A stretch of 63,921 nt of DNA, counting the filler, from Asterionella formosa (Eukaryota), in assembly GCA_002256025.1 (NCBI GenBank). It is 20 parts of 20 records of this genome, joined end to end, with 100 filler letters (N's around TTAATTAATTAA, not from the genome) between each part and the next. Parts side by side here need not be neighbours in the genome. Positions count along the whole stretch, not along the records: positions 1 to 1,238 come from NKIB01003487.1; positions 1,339 to 2,576 come from NKIB01003488.1; positions 2,677 to 3,914 come from NKIB01003489.1; positions 4,015 to 23,920 come from NKIB01003490.1; 16 more parts are not named here. One strand, written 5' to 3'. Below, in pieces: positions 1 to 10,112 of this stretch (the first letter of the stretch is position 1; every line of letters begins with the position of its first letter). Below the pieces are notes generated by a model. That model searched no databases. It saw only the letters and a program-made list of their open reading frames with translations, and was not told where the DNA came from. Position numbers and translations under genes: made by a program.

Positions 1-953
1 TTGAACGACAGAGTTGATGGCTTAGTTCTACCACAACACTTACAGTCTCTTTTGAATCATTTGTCATCCTTCGGTTTTTCATCCTCTGCATAGTCCTCAT
101 CATCAATACAAAGTAATAGATCTTTGAATGATCAAAGTGTGTCAACATCTGTTAGTGCCATTCACATGAAGAAAAATGAAAATGGATGTCCAAGGTATGA
201 ACTGTATAAGAATCATTTGAGACACCTGTCGATTTGGCATGAATGGTTTGGTACACACTTCTTTGATCACAATAATAATCTAGGGTGTTTCCAGGGTGGC
301 ATTTTTCAGCTAGAAGCGAAATTCACAAACCAATGGCGTTTCAATTTCACTCAAGCAGAAAGCAAAAGATTTTCAAGAATCAAGCTAGAAGTTAAGCGCA
401 TTGAAGCCCTCATTTTGAAGACAAACAAAACATCAACAATTATTCTGCAAGTTGTAGATGATTCCTTAACCAGCTTGAATTCGAAAATGATTACCATAAC
501 AAACATTGAGCAGCATCTGACAACAAATTTCGACTTTCTAGCATTGCAAATTTCTAATCAAGGTTTGACATCTTCACCATCAGCTACTGAGATGCCTGCA
601 GTGAAGGCAAAAAGTGTCATCAAACCTACAGTTGAATTTGAATTGACAGCTAAACCTGCATACAAGGATCATATTCCACAAACCAAAGTTGGAACCATTA
701 CTGAAGCAATTGAAGTAGCCAAAGTTGTGAAAGTTGGTGATGCATACAATTCTACATTGATGACAACCAGTATGTGTGATGTGTGTGGTGAGATCGTCAT
801 TCAATTGCATCAATGTATCATCTCTTACAAAAAATCACATATCAGGCTATCAAATTGCAGGTGAGCAAGGAACAATATGTTCTAATTGTCTTGTCAAAAG
901 TAAAAGACGTCGAATTGGATAAAGATAATTAAGATGAATTAAAAGGAGATATA
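1..953 (+). pseudogene. Degenerate ORF with a GCR1_C-like DNA-binding domain and C-terminal Cys cluster (Crypton-like transposon remnant)
   Basis: YELYKNHLRHLSIWHEWFG...GGIFQLEAKFTNQWR...ESKRFSRIK resembles the GCR1_C pattern (WxEW...LE...WR...FSR). There is an in-frame TAG at 91-93, and CDVC..HQC is followed by GTICSNC in another frame at about 870-890. Confidence 0.45.
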
Positions 954-1238
954 TTTTATTATACACCTAATCGAATATGGAAAGAAATCCGAATCCCACT
1001 CAGGAGCTTTGAAGAATGCATACTGTGCCATTTCTACCTTTAAATAGCATTTTCGTTTAAAGTCATTCACTAAATCATTTTGGTAGTCTCAATACTCAAA
1101 AATCCTTCAGTATCAAATTTGCATTATTGTTAACAGTCATTGCATGCCAAGTCATTCTACAGTCATCTACATTATTTTTGATTTCTTTATGATTTGATGC
1201 TAACTTTGATGATGTGCTTTTTCTCTCAAAAAATAGTT

Positions 1239-1338
1239 NNNNNNNNNNNNNNNNNNNNNNNNNNNNNNNNNNNNNNNNNNNNTTAATTAATTAANNNNNN
1301 NNNNNNNNNNNNNNNNNNNNNNNNNNNNNNNNNNNNNN
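1239..1338. other. Artificial contig linker (44 N + TTAATTAATTAA + 44 N), first of 19
   Basis: Identical 100-bp blocks start at 1239, 2577, 3915, 23921, 25258, 26595, 27932, 29268, 30604, 31940, 33276, 34612, 35948, 37283, 38618, 39958, 41293, 42628 and 62588. The 12-mer supplies stop codons. Adjacency across these blocks is not biological. Confidence 0.98.
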
Positions 1339-1340
1339 AA

Positions 1341-1619
1341 AACAATGTTAATGCAAATGGTAATCCTCGACAAAGATTTGGTATGAATCGCCAAGCCACC
1401 TCCATCCGACAGCTGTCGGAATGGGGAATGCGATGCCTTCAGGGATCATTTCCGAGAATCAAAGACAAATTTCGTTATGAAGAAAAAGGTGAGAGAAAAT
1501 TAATTCTCCAAATGATTGTATTGCTCTACAACTTTCGTGCTAGCAAAGTTGGTCAGAACCAAATTGCTTCAGTGTATATGCCCTATTTGCATAGGAATGC
1601 AAATAGATATGCCATGTAA
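1341..1619 (+). mobile_element. PIF/Harbinger (DDE_Tnp_4, HARBI1-like) transposase, C-terminal fragment
   Basis: NRQATSIRQLSEWGMRCLQGSFPRIK...IVLLYNFR matches the Harbinger catalytic-Glu helix region. The ORF is truncated by the contig start. Confidence 0.75.
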
Positions 1620-1867
1620 TTCAAAGAAATTATTCCTTCATGATTATTTAGCACCACTTCTTTCACATTATAATAGAATGAATTAATTTAAGGTTGTTAT
1701 TCATCATCACTACTACTGCTACCACTGTTGTTTTTTGGTCTTTGACATTGAGTTGAGGCAGACAAAGTTTGTTGTGCATGGGCCACCCAAATAATTAATT
1801 TGGGTGATCATATTTGACTTGCGTTTTTTTTGTGGCGGCTGTACCAGTAATCGGCGTTGTAGATGTA

Positions 1868-2269
1868 ATCTTACAGATGAGGGATCATTTCCTGATTATT
1901 TGGGGATTAAAGTGGAGCAAGCATCAAAGGGAGGAACAATCTCTTTGTCCCAGCGGCATCTCATTTCCTCCATCGCACGAGATCTTGGTTTCACCAACAC
2001 TACCAAACCCAATGCAACCCCAGCGTCTCCATCAGCTATCCTGCAACAGGACCTCAATGGACCTGATTTTCAAGAGCATTGGTCATATTGCTCTGTTCTC
2101 GGGAAACTGAATTTTCTGGAAGAATCAACCCGCCCTGACATTGCATATGCTGTGCATCAGTGTGCCCACTTCTCAGTGAACCCGAAGGCCACCCATGCCG
2201 CGGTAGCTGTGCAAAACATTGTTTGCTATTTGATTGGCACACCCACTAAAGGGCTTATGCTTGCACCAT
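1868..2269 (+). mobile_element. Decayed Ty1/copia reverse transcriptase C-terminal fragment
   Basis: LTDEG..DYLGIKV...SLSQ..LI...YCSVLGKLNFL...TRPDIAYAVHQCA.FS.NPK..H...IVCYL.GT..KGL. It is interrupted at 2270 by an LTR. Confidence 0.85.
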
Positions 2270-2523
2270 TGATAAGATGCTATCTAAAGACGAATTGGCC
2301 TGTTAGTGCCCTGCTGTAATGGTATGTCCAACAAGTTGTGACTTGAGGCCGTTCCAGCAGTACTTTTTACTAGGTTAGTATGTATCTACGTAGATGGTAC
2401 AACCACGTTGTACCAGTACCCATCAATACTGTGGATATCTGATTCATCAGTTGCAATAAGCAGTAAGTCACCAATTACCCGGAGAACCCGAGCAATCTCG
2501 TTCCCGTATTTATCACTCCTCTT
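2270..2523 (-). mobile_element. 3' LTR (2270-2515, about 246 bp) with polypurine tract, nested in the older copia RT
   Basis: On the minus strand the purine tract AAGAGGAG (2523-2516) is followed directly by TGATAA...TTATCA, which are perfect 6-bp inverted ends with TG..CA termini. Confidence 0.7.
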
Positions 2524-2676
2524 GAATCAATAATCCAATAGTTTGATTGACCATAATAATACTTGCATAGAATATGNNNNNNNNNNNNNNNNNNNNNNNN
2601 NNNNNNNNNNNNNNNNNNNNTTAATTAATTAANNNNNNNNNNNNNNNNNNNNNNNNNNNNNNNNNNNNNNNNNNNN

Positions 2677-3914
2677 TCACTCATTAGAGGCGCCCAGGAT
2701 GCTCGAGTCCCAGTCTCTGCTCTCTCAATTCCAACTGCCCCTCCAGCCACTTCTCCCAGACCTCTGCTACCACCTTCTCATCAGTCATTGCTCCCATCGC
2801 CTCTGAGGGAGAGTCATCTTTCTATTGATGTTCCATTCACTCCAGCTCTGCGGGAGCCACTTTCGGTCCTGACATCTCCAAGGGAGCCTTCAGGTTTACC
2901 TCCCCTGGCTCTGAGGGAGACACCTCCACCAAGGAACCAACAACCCAATCCCGCTCCTGCTCCCGTACCCCCTCGTCGCTCTCAGCGAAGTACAAAAGGT
3001 GTTGCAGGCACACGATATGGCGATGAACTTGCATTCAACCACCTCGTTGCCAAGTTTGCTGATTGGGACCCGCTCGCCCCCTGCACAGATGGTCACCTCA
3101 ATGATGTCGCTTTGGCCGCTTTTGTTGCTTCCTCCAGTGACCCTGACACTCTTCGATATGATGAAGCCATGCGTGACACTGACGCCCTTGAATGGAGGGA
3201 GTCCATGCACAAAGAAATCACTTCACTCATCAAACAAGGAACTTGGGAAATTGTCTCAAAATCTTCAGCAACAACTAAAATCCTACCTGGCACTTGGACC
3301 CTTCGCCGTAAACGTCACCCGGACGGACGCATCAAATCTCTAAAGGCTCGTTGGTGTGTTCGTGGTGACCTCCAAGAACCAATGGAAAACACCTTTGCTC
3401 CTGTTGTGATGTGGTCTACCGTACGTCTTCTGATGTACTTCACCTTATTTTTCAAGCTCCACACTCGGTGTATTGATTTCAGCAATGCTTTTGTTCAAGC
3501 TGCCCTCGATGAACCAATTTATGTCCATCTCCCTCGTGGCTATCAGAGTGATTCTGAACAAGATGTCTGTCTGAAGCTCACCAAGAGTCTCTATGGCCTG
3601 GTGCAAGCCCCTCGTCTCTGGTTCGACCATCTGAAAGCAAAACTTGAAACACGCGGTTTCACTCAAAGTTCCCTCGATCCATGTCTTTTCTATTGCAAAA
3701 CTACTGTCCTTGTTTGCTATGTGGATGACATTATAATGGCTGGCCCAGAATCTAATGTTCTTGATGCACTTGTGGCTGATCTCAAAGTTGATGCAGATCT
3801 CACTGAAGAAGGTGAACTTGCCGCTTTCTTGGGCATCCAAGTCTCTCGCAAAAATGACACCTTCACCTTGACGCAAACTGGTCTCACTGACCGCATTATC
3901 TCTACATTAGGTCT
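2677..3914 (+). mobile_element. Ty1/copia pol fragment (Pro-rich linker + RVT_2 reverse transcriptase), truncated by the contig ends
   Basis: DPDTLRYDEAM, WTLRRKR, KARWCVRGDLQ, TFAPVV, IDFSNAFVQ, LYGLVQAPRLW, DPCLFY, YVDD, FLGI. Confidence 0.95.
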
Positions 3915-4014
3915 NNNNNNNNNNNNNNNNNNNNNNNNNNNNNNNNNNNNNNNNNNNNTTAATTAATTAANNNNNNNNNNNNNNNNNNNNNNNNNNNNNN
4001 NNNNNNNNNNNNNN

Positions 4015-4721
4015 ACGATAGTAGCTTTTCGCCTTCGACTTTCGTTGCAACATGCAGCATTAACCATTTGTATAAATCTTTTTCCTTTTCCTTGTCATGA
4101 TATTTTCCGTTACTAACCATTTTTCCTGCTTTTACAGGGCACCATGTCTCAGAGCAGTAATTGTGGCAGCCAAATAAATGGTTGATTGGTGCCTTGGAGG
4201 AAATACTAAATTCGGCCAGAGAGAGGTTCCGGTTTTTTTTAATCCAAGCGCCATAGTAAACTTTCAACCGGAGACAATCTGCTTTTGAGGGACACTCGAG
4301 GGCGACTGGGCCATTGGATTTCATAAAAGCTGGGCAGAGAAGGACCCATACTCTGTGGGATGGGTCAGACAGAAATGTAGGTTCGGGTATTTGATGTAAA
4401 ATAAGTTACAAAGTCACGAAGTGATTGTTTGCAATATTCTTTTACAAATTTATTAACACAACTTTTGCAATATGTATTGTCCTGCAGAAATTTCGACAAT
4501 GTATTATAGTCGATTATATGATTCATTTTCAGTTGAGAGCAGTCTGTTTTAATTGGTGACGATGTGATTGCTAGTTCAATTGGTGAAGTGGTTGCTGTAG
4601 GGGGACAAAAAGGCATCTTAGAGGTCCACCAATTTTGATTTTCATCGGACGCTATATTTCGTCCTCCTTGACAACCAACACCAATTTCGGAAATGAGACG
4701 GCTACCACTGGAACGTGGCAT
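4015..4721 (-). pseudogene. Kolobok/Mutator-like DDE transposase with central deletion
   Basis: The N-terminal part with CKSC (4721-about 4392) abuts, out of frame, IPEPTFLSDPSHRV (from 4390; DxxH motif) and then the His2Cys2 motif NHLFGCHNYCSETWC. Most of the catalytic core is missing. Confidence 0.7.
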
Positions 4722-4923
4722 GATTTTGTCTTATAATAGTTGGCTGGTGTTGCTGTTTTTTTATGGCTGGTTGATTCGTTAGATTGTGTAAAAATAAAAA
4801 TATATTTGTCAGTCATGCCACCTCATTTCTAGACGGTTTTGAAACATTGTACGTAGGTGGATTGAAGTTCTTGATTTACTAATGAAATAAATGAAAATCG
4901 TAAAAACACTAATCACTAATAGA

Positions 4924-5370
4924 TTAAGAACATTTAGAATGTTTGGAAGTTGGTTTGAAACCAGTGTACACTTCGTTTGGGTCCTTGTTCTTCAAAAGAG
5001 ATTGAACTCCCTTCAAACAACAGTCAGGAGGTTGCATCCGAACACCTTTTCCCAATGGACCACTGAAAACTCTGATTAGAAACTTGTACAGAAGATTGCG
5101 GGCTCTTGATGCCGTAATGTCTTCATCCTTCAACCTGGTAAGAATGGATTCACCTTCCAGAAACTTCTCCACCAACTCTTCAACTTCATCCCATCGGCAC
5201 TGACATTCAGGGCAGCAAAAATCGCAGCATTCGCAGAAGATGCAATCCTCACATCCCTCCACATATGACTCTACAATCAACCATTCTTGGCAGGTAGGGC
5301 AACTAGTATCATGACTGTAGTTAAATTTGTCATTACCATTGTCATCATTTTGATGTGTAATTTCGCTCAT
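4924..5370 (-). CDS. Cys-rich KolX-like protein (similar to the P2X7 cytoplasmic ballast/Nanor domain)
   Basis: Intact 148-aa ORF with a Cys cluster followed by RNLLYKFLIRVFSGPLGKGVRMQPPDCCL...YTGFK, matching the R..Y......g.LG.G.R...P.C......YtGF signature. Confidence 0.7.
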   Translation of the reverse strand: MSEITHQNDDNGNDKFNYSHDTSCPTCQEWLIVESYVEGCEDCIFCECCDFCCPECQCRWDEVEELVEKFLEGESILTRLKDEDITASRARNLLYKFLIRVFSGPLGKGVRMQPPDCCLKGVQSLLKNKDPNEVYTGFKPTSKHSKCS

Positions 5371-6078
5371 GGTTGATTGTTGCTTTTTTTTGTTTCTTAC
5401 CAGTAGTCATCAACAATATTTGCCATGCTGCCACCAGCTCGTCTGACACATATAGTATGTTGATTGTATGATAGGGTATATAAACATTGAGCAATGGAGA
5501 ATGTTTATGTATATATTTATTGAATTCGAAAAGGAATCTATGTATGTACACGCAAATTTCCAGTGATTCAAATATTTCAAATGGAATCACGTCATTCAAA
5601 ATTAACTCATAAAAATTCTTAGTTCCAGGGAATTTCGGCAACCCTAAGCAATATTTTAATTTTTGCCTAGGGGTTCAAATGCAGGAACCTTAATGTTCAC
5701 AATTGTAGGTCATCTAGTCCCATTTTCGTTTTGTCTAAGGGGCGGTAATCGGTCATTTTGCTTACCGACTCTCTGACTTCAAGAGGCCTCATCAATCTCG
5801 TCTGTATGGTAAAAAGGTAAGATACAAATTTTGGTTATGGTAGATGCAGATGGAGTTATAGCAAGGCTGCTAAAGGAAACCTGGCGAAAGTACAGTTGAG
5901 GTCGAGCGTTCAACCGACGCAATGGATGACCATCTATGTTGATGGTTCTCGCTGGTACAACTTCTACGTAAGACTCTATTTGATTCTACTCTGATTTATG
6001 TTGAAGTGCCCAAATTTGACACACTTTGATCAATAAATGTCTCAGGCCGACCCATTTCGTTCCTTTCCTTAGAGAACC

Positions 6079-7644
6079 ATGAACATTTATACCGCCACAC
6101 TTGTCCTTCCTGTCTTGGCGTCGGCCATTCCTGCGTATCCTGCCGGTTGGACCTGTCAACAGCCTGACAAGAGCTCAATTGGAGGAGTCCAAGTACTGAT
6201 CGGAACCCCTGCATACCATTTTAGCGTTTACGAAACGTACAACGGAACCTACACCACTGTCAAGGACAAGGAAGATGGCTTCATCAAGTTCGCGGTCCTC
6301 GACACGGAGGGTCGCTTTGCTCCTAGCAAATATATCGCTGGAAAGGTTGACGAAGCCGATCTTCCTAAGCTTGGTTTAACGATGGATCTGATAGAAGACT
6401 CCCATGTTGTCGCCAAAAAATGCGAAGAAAGCGACTACTGTATGTGGCACGCCCAGCACAACGGAGCTAGTCATGCATCGCCTCCCGCGGGTAAAAAGAC
6501 TAACTTGGTCATTCCTATCATTTTCAAGAACCACAAAGGAATCGACTTGATGATTGGTGATATGGAGCAAGACCTTTTCAACGACGACTACCTGTCTGTA
6601 AAAGATTACTTCTTAAAACAGTCATACGGAAAGCTTAGTCTTACTTCCGAAATAGCCAAACCTGTGACTCTCGAAAAGACGGAGGCTGAATGTACCGTAA
6701 ATATGGCCGGACTTACACGCGCGCTCCATGATTGTCTCATGGAAGCGGTTGATGCCGTCAAAGAAAATGTAAATTCCTATGATATAGTCACTTTCATGCA
6801 CAGTGGACGCGGAGCCGAGTTCGGAAATCAAGATATTGATGGAACTTACTATGATGACCGGGTTTGGAGTCACTCTTGGGAGCTTCCGGACATTGGCCGC
6901 TATGCCATCTTTTCGGCTTTTTACGGCGTTAGCAACTCCCACGGCCCTCGTTTGGGAACCCTTGTTCACGAGATCGGTCAGGCTTTGGGAATTCCTACCA
7001 TGTACGGAGGCTTTCCCGGATTCGGCCTTGGATTCTTTGATTCAATGGCAAGCCCATATGGATTCGATGGCACCTTGAGTCGTCCAGGTTCCATGAGTGC
7101 CTACACAAAGATGCGTATTGGATGGGCTGACGTTGTTGAAGTCAAGGATGACGGACCCGTCTCTGTTGAGGCTGTTCACCTGTCAAATAAAATTTACAAG
7201 ATTTCCAATGGATTTTCAGCCACTGAATACCTACTTATCGAAAACCGTCAAGCCCATGAATACGATGAGGGAATAAGACAAGGAGGATTAGTCATTTACC
7301 ACATTGACGAAACTGCCAACAACGTAGCTGGGCACCCTGGACAGGGAATACTTTGGCCTGCCAACCACTACCGTGCAGCTGTAATCCAACCCGATGGTCG
7401 TTTCGATCTTGAGCTAATGGAAAGTGAGGGTGACAAAGGGCATTTTTTCCACGACGCAGGTTATAGCGGCATCAATGACTTTGGCGTAATTAGATTTGGT
7501 GACGAAATAGTTGGACAACCCACCATCCAGTCATATGCAGGTGGAGAGTTCACTGCAACAGGTATTTCTATTGCCGAGATCTCAGCATCAGGTGACGTCA
7601 TGTCTTTTTCTGTTTACTTCGCTGATGCCGCAGACGAGGAATAA
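6079..7644 (+). CDS. Secreted M6 (immune inhibitor A)-family metallopeptidase-like protein with altered zinc site
   Basis: Signal peptide MNIYTATLVLPVLASA; SVKDYFLKQSYGKL, HSGRGAE, VWSHSW, HEIGQALG, SAYTKMRIGW, EYLLIENRQ, GGLVIYHIDE, DGRFDLE. Single exon. Confidence 0.85.
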   Translation: MNIYTATLVLPVLASAIPAYPAGWTCQQPDKSSIGGVQVLIGTPAYHFSVYETYNGTYTTVKDKEDGFIKFAVLDTEGRFAPSKYIAGKVDEADLPKLGLTMDLIEDSHVVAKKCEESDYCMWHAQHNGASHASPPAGKKTNLVIPIIFKNHKGIDLMIGDMEQDLFNDDYLSVKDYFLKQSYGKLSLTSEIAKPVTLEKTEAECTVNMAGLTRALHDCLMEAVDAVKENVNSYDIVTFMHSGRGAEFGNQDIDGTYYDDRVWSHSWELPDIGRYAIFSAFYGVSNSHGPRLGTLVHEIGQALGIPTMYGGFPGFGLGFFDSMASPYGFDGTLSRPGSMSAYTKMRIGWADVVEVKDDGPVSVEAVHLSNKIYKISNGFSATEYLLIENRQAHEYDEGIRQGGLVIYHIDETANNVAGHPGQGILWPANHYRAAVIQPDGRFDLELMESEGDKGHFFHDAGYSGINDFGVIRFGDEIVGQPTIQSYAGGEFTATGISIAEISASGDVMSFSVYFADAADEE

Positions 7645-7725
7645 AGCGATGATAATCTATACTCCAAACTTGTAAATATTCATAGATTTTTCAATCTTTA
7701 CTTTATCTCTCTGGCCATTGTTGAT

Positions 7726-10112
7726 TCACTCGTCACTGCCCTCTTCGGAGCCTTCATCCAGGGTTTCGTCCTCCTCTAAGTCAAAGACGTTAAGATTGAT
7801 TTGTTCATTTGAAGCAACTACGCATACGGCGCCGAATCCCCTAGACCCAGAGAGTAGGAGTCGAGGCGCCTTTGACAATAAGTCTCTGTCGTTGCTGTCA
7901 TCGTCGGGAAGCTCTCGCGCTTTCAGAGCAATAGACAAAAGATAATGAGCTCATGCAATCACCAATACAACGCTAGGCTGGTGCTCGTACCTTTGGCATA
8001 CACGATCCCATCGTGTTCCATGCGTCCATCGGGGTTCCGTTCAAATCGCAGCACTTTTACACTGCATTGATTTAAAAAATCGACATCAGGTAGCAGGCTC
8101 CCCGCGTCTGCACTTACTTCGACTGTTTGAAAGATTAAATTATCATATTGCACAACCCAAAGCTCTTCGTTTCCAGATTCATTTTTAAGTAGCATTCCCA
8201 GCCCCTGACGGCCCTCCTTTCCAGATCCACCAATCTCTCCAGAAAATAAGGAAGATTTTCCATCGTCTCCGTAAAAGGCAAGTTCCTGTAAGGACACGTT
8301 TGCTGGCATTACCATTCTGCTTGTAATATAGTATACGATTTCCTCCTCTACTGGGAGAGCAATAAGTTGAATTCCACGTCGATCATTACTAAACTCTCGA
8401 GCAATCGCAACAACAGACCATTGGCGACACTCTCGACTCTTCCCACTGAGCAGTTTAGGCTGAAAACAGGCATCGATACCACCTCCAAGTCTTGTGTGAA
8501 TGGCACATAGTCGCGAACGCACCCAACCCGGTAGTATAATATCTTTCCTTTGGATTGACATGGCAAAGAGAGCCTTTGGTTCTTCAAATGCTTCGTCGAC
8601 TGATTGTATCGTATACCGCAAAGCGGTTCCAATATCTTCCTGGACTGATTCGTTCGAACCATTCCGCTTCTCGCCGTCCAGCCTTACCGAAATGGCCAGA
8701 CCAATCAATGACTCTGTTGTAGATTCGCAGTCATCGTTTCCGCTACACAAATACTCAACCATTCTTTGAACAACCACTTGCGATGGGCGCCGTTTTTTCC
8801 AGTTCTCCTGCTGCACTGAATCGTCTGCTGTTCCTTTGGCCTTCGTTTGAGCCGCTACACCACGAAACCACTCGATCAAATCCTGCAGTCTACAACGAGC
8901 ATCCACAATTCCTTGTACCAAGAGTTCCATTGAAAAATACAAATTTTGACTTCTTTCCAACAAACCGAGACTTCCCTGATTTCCCAGGCCTACAAGTTGC
9001 GTAACATCATATATAAGAGACCGGGAAGGCGCCAACAACCCCGATCTGGTCATTGATTCCACATTTGCGACAGTCCCTTTGATTGTCTTTTCCATTCTTA
9101 CCAGCAACTGATCATTCATGAGGACAGATGTGAACGCCTGGTCAAGTGCAGATGATAATGACTCGTCGGAAAGACCAATAACAATGAAACGAAGAAATAT
9201 CTTTTTGAGAGGAATGGAAATACCATACTTCGACAATATTGACTTGACGTGGTTCAATTTTTCCTCTAATGGTGAAATCGCCGCTTTCCATGACTGTAAA
9301 ACTTGAGTTTTGCAACATTTTATCTTGAAAAGGTGAGCATTGATATTTGCATGCAGAGACGAAACTTGCTGCCAAAAGTATCGGTCCCTTGCAAATGTAG
9401 GAAGGTGGAAGATAGTAAGTCGCCCCTTATCATGTTGCACCAAGAGATGGGATATATCATGAGATGCGCACATTGCTAGCGGTTTCGCGAGCGTTTTCAA
9501 TGGACCCAATGTAAACCTAGCATGCACATGAACATGAATCTGATTGGCGTCGGTAGCCACAAAAAGTGCACTGAGTGGTCGTTCACACAATGGGAGTGAA
9601 CCTTTGGACGTCGCACTTTCGTTGAGTTCCCCCAAATGATAGGTCGAGGGAGGGAGAAAATGAGCCGACCGGTCTAAAAAAGGTTTCGTTAATGCCCATT
9701 CTTCTTCGTATAACAGCTCCTCCTCTGTCAATGTCCAATCTGGGTGGACTGTTCCAACATGAGCCCAATGCATGCAGGAGATGGAAGCCTGATTTTGAGC
9801 TTCAATCGTCAAAAACTCATCTTCTTCTTGATCTCTCATTCCAGCTTCCACTTCTAAAATAACAACGCTGCCATCAACTTGCCCTACAGCCACATACTTC
9901 CCGTCTGGCGACCAACAAATCGCTAGCGATGATTTCCCTGCCATAGCCCAGGAAGCGACGTGCTGCCAAGAGGCCGTTCGACGAATGAATACTTTCTCGC
10001 CTTCCCCCGTCATCGCGAAGAGATCCATAGATGGACATAGTGAGCATACTGAGCTCGCCGGTAAATTCACCGACTGTATCGGCGAGAAGCATTCATGGCG
10101 AGAAGATGTCAT
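7726..10112 (-). CDS. ANAPC4: Anaphase-promoting complex subunit 4 (WD40 + long helical domain), 2 exons: 10112-7991, 7919-7726
   Basis: CPSMDLFAM, CWSPDGKYVAVG, LAFYGDDG, SGSRGFGAV and an acidic VFDLEEDE tail. A GT-AG intron at 7990-7920 joins YAK to ARELP in frame. The start at 10112 is inferred; an upstream ATG exists at 10190. Confidence 0.8.

Larger units (their letters stand above)
4015..5689 (-). mobile_element. Kolobok-type DNA transposon, internally deleted, one end present
   Basis: Contains transposase pieces (4721-4392 and 4390-4015) and a KolX-like ORF. The candidate terminus reads TTAA|GGTTCCTGC on the minus strand (TTAA at 5690-5693). Confidence 0.65.

Noticed and set aside
1283..1294. 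TTAATTAATTAA palindrome recurring about every 1336 bp
   Set aside because: It is always centred in N runs, so it is an artificial linker. The periodicity only reflects size-sorted contigs of about 1.24 kb.
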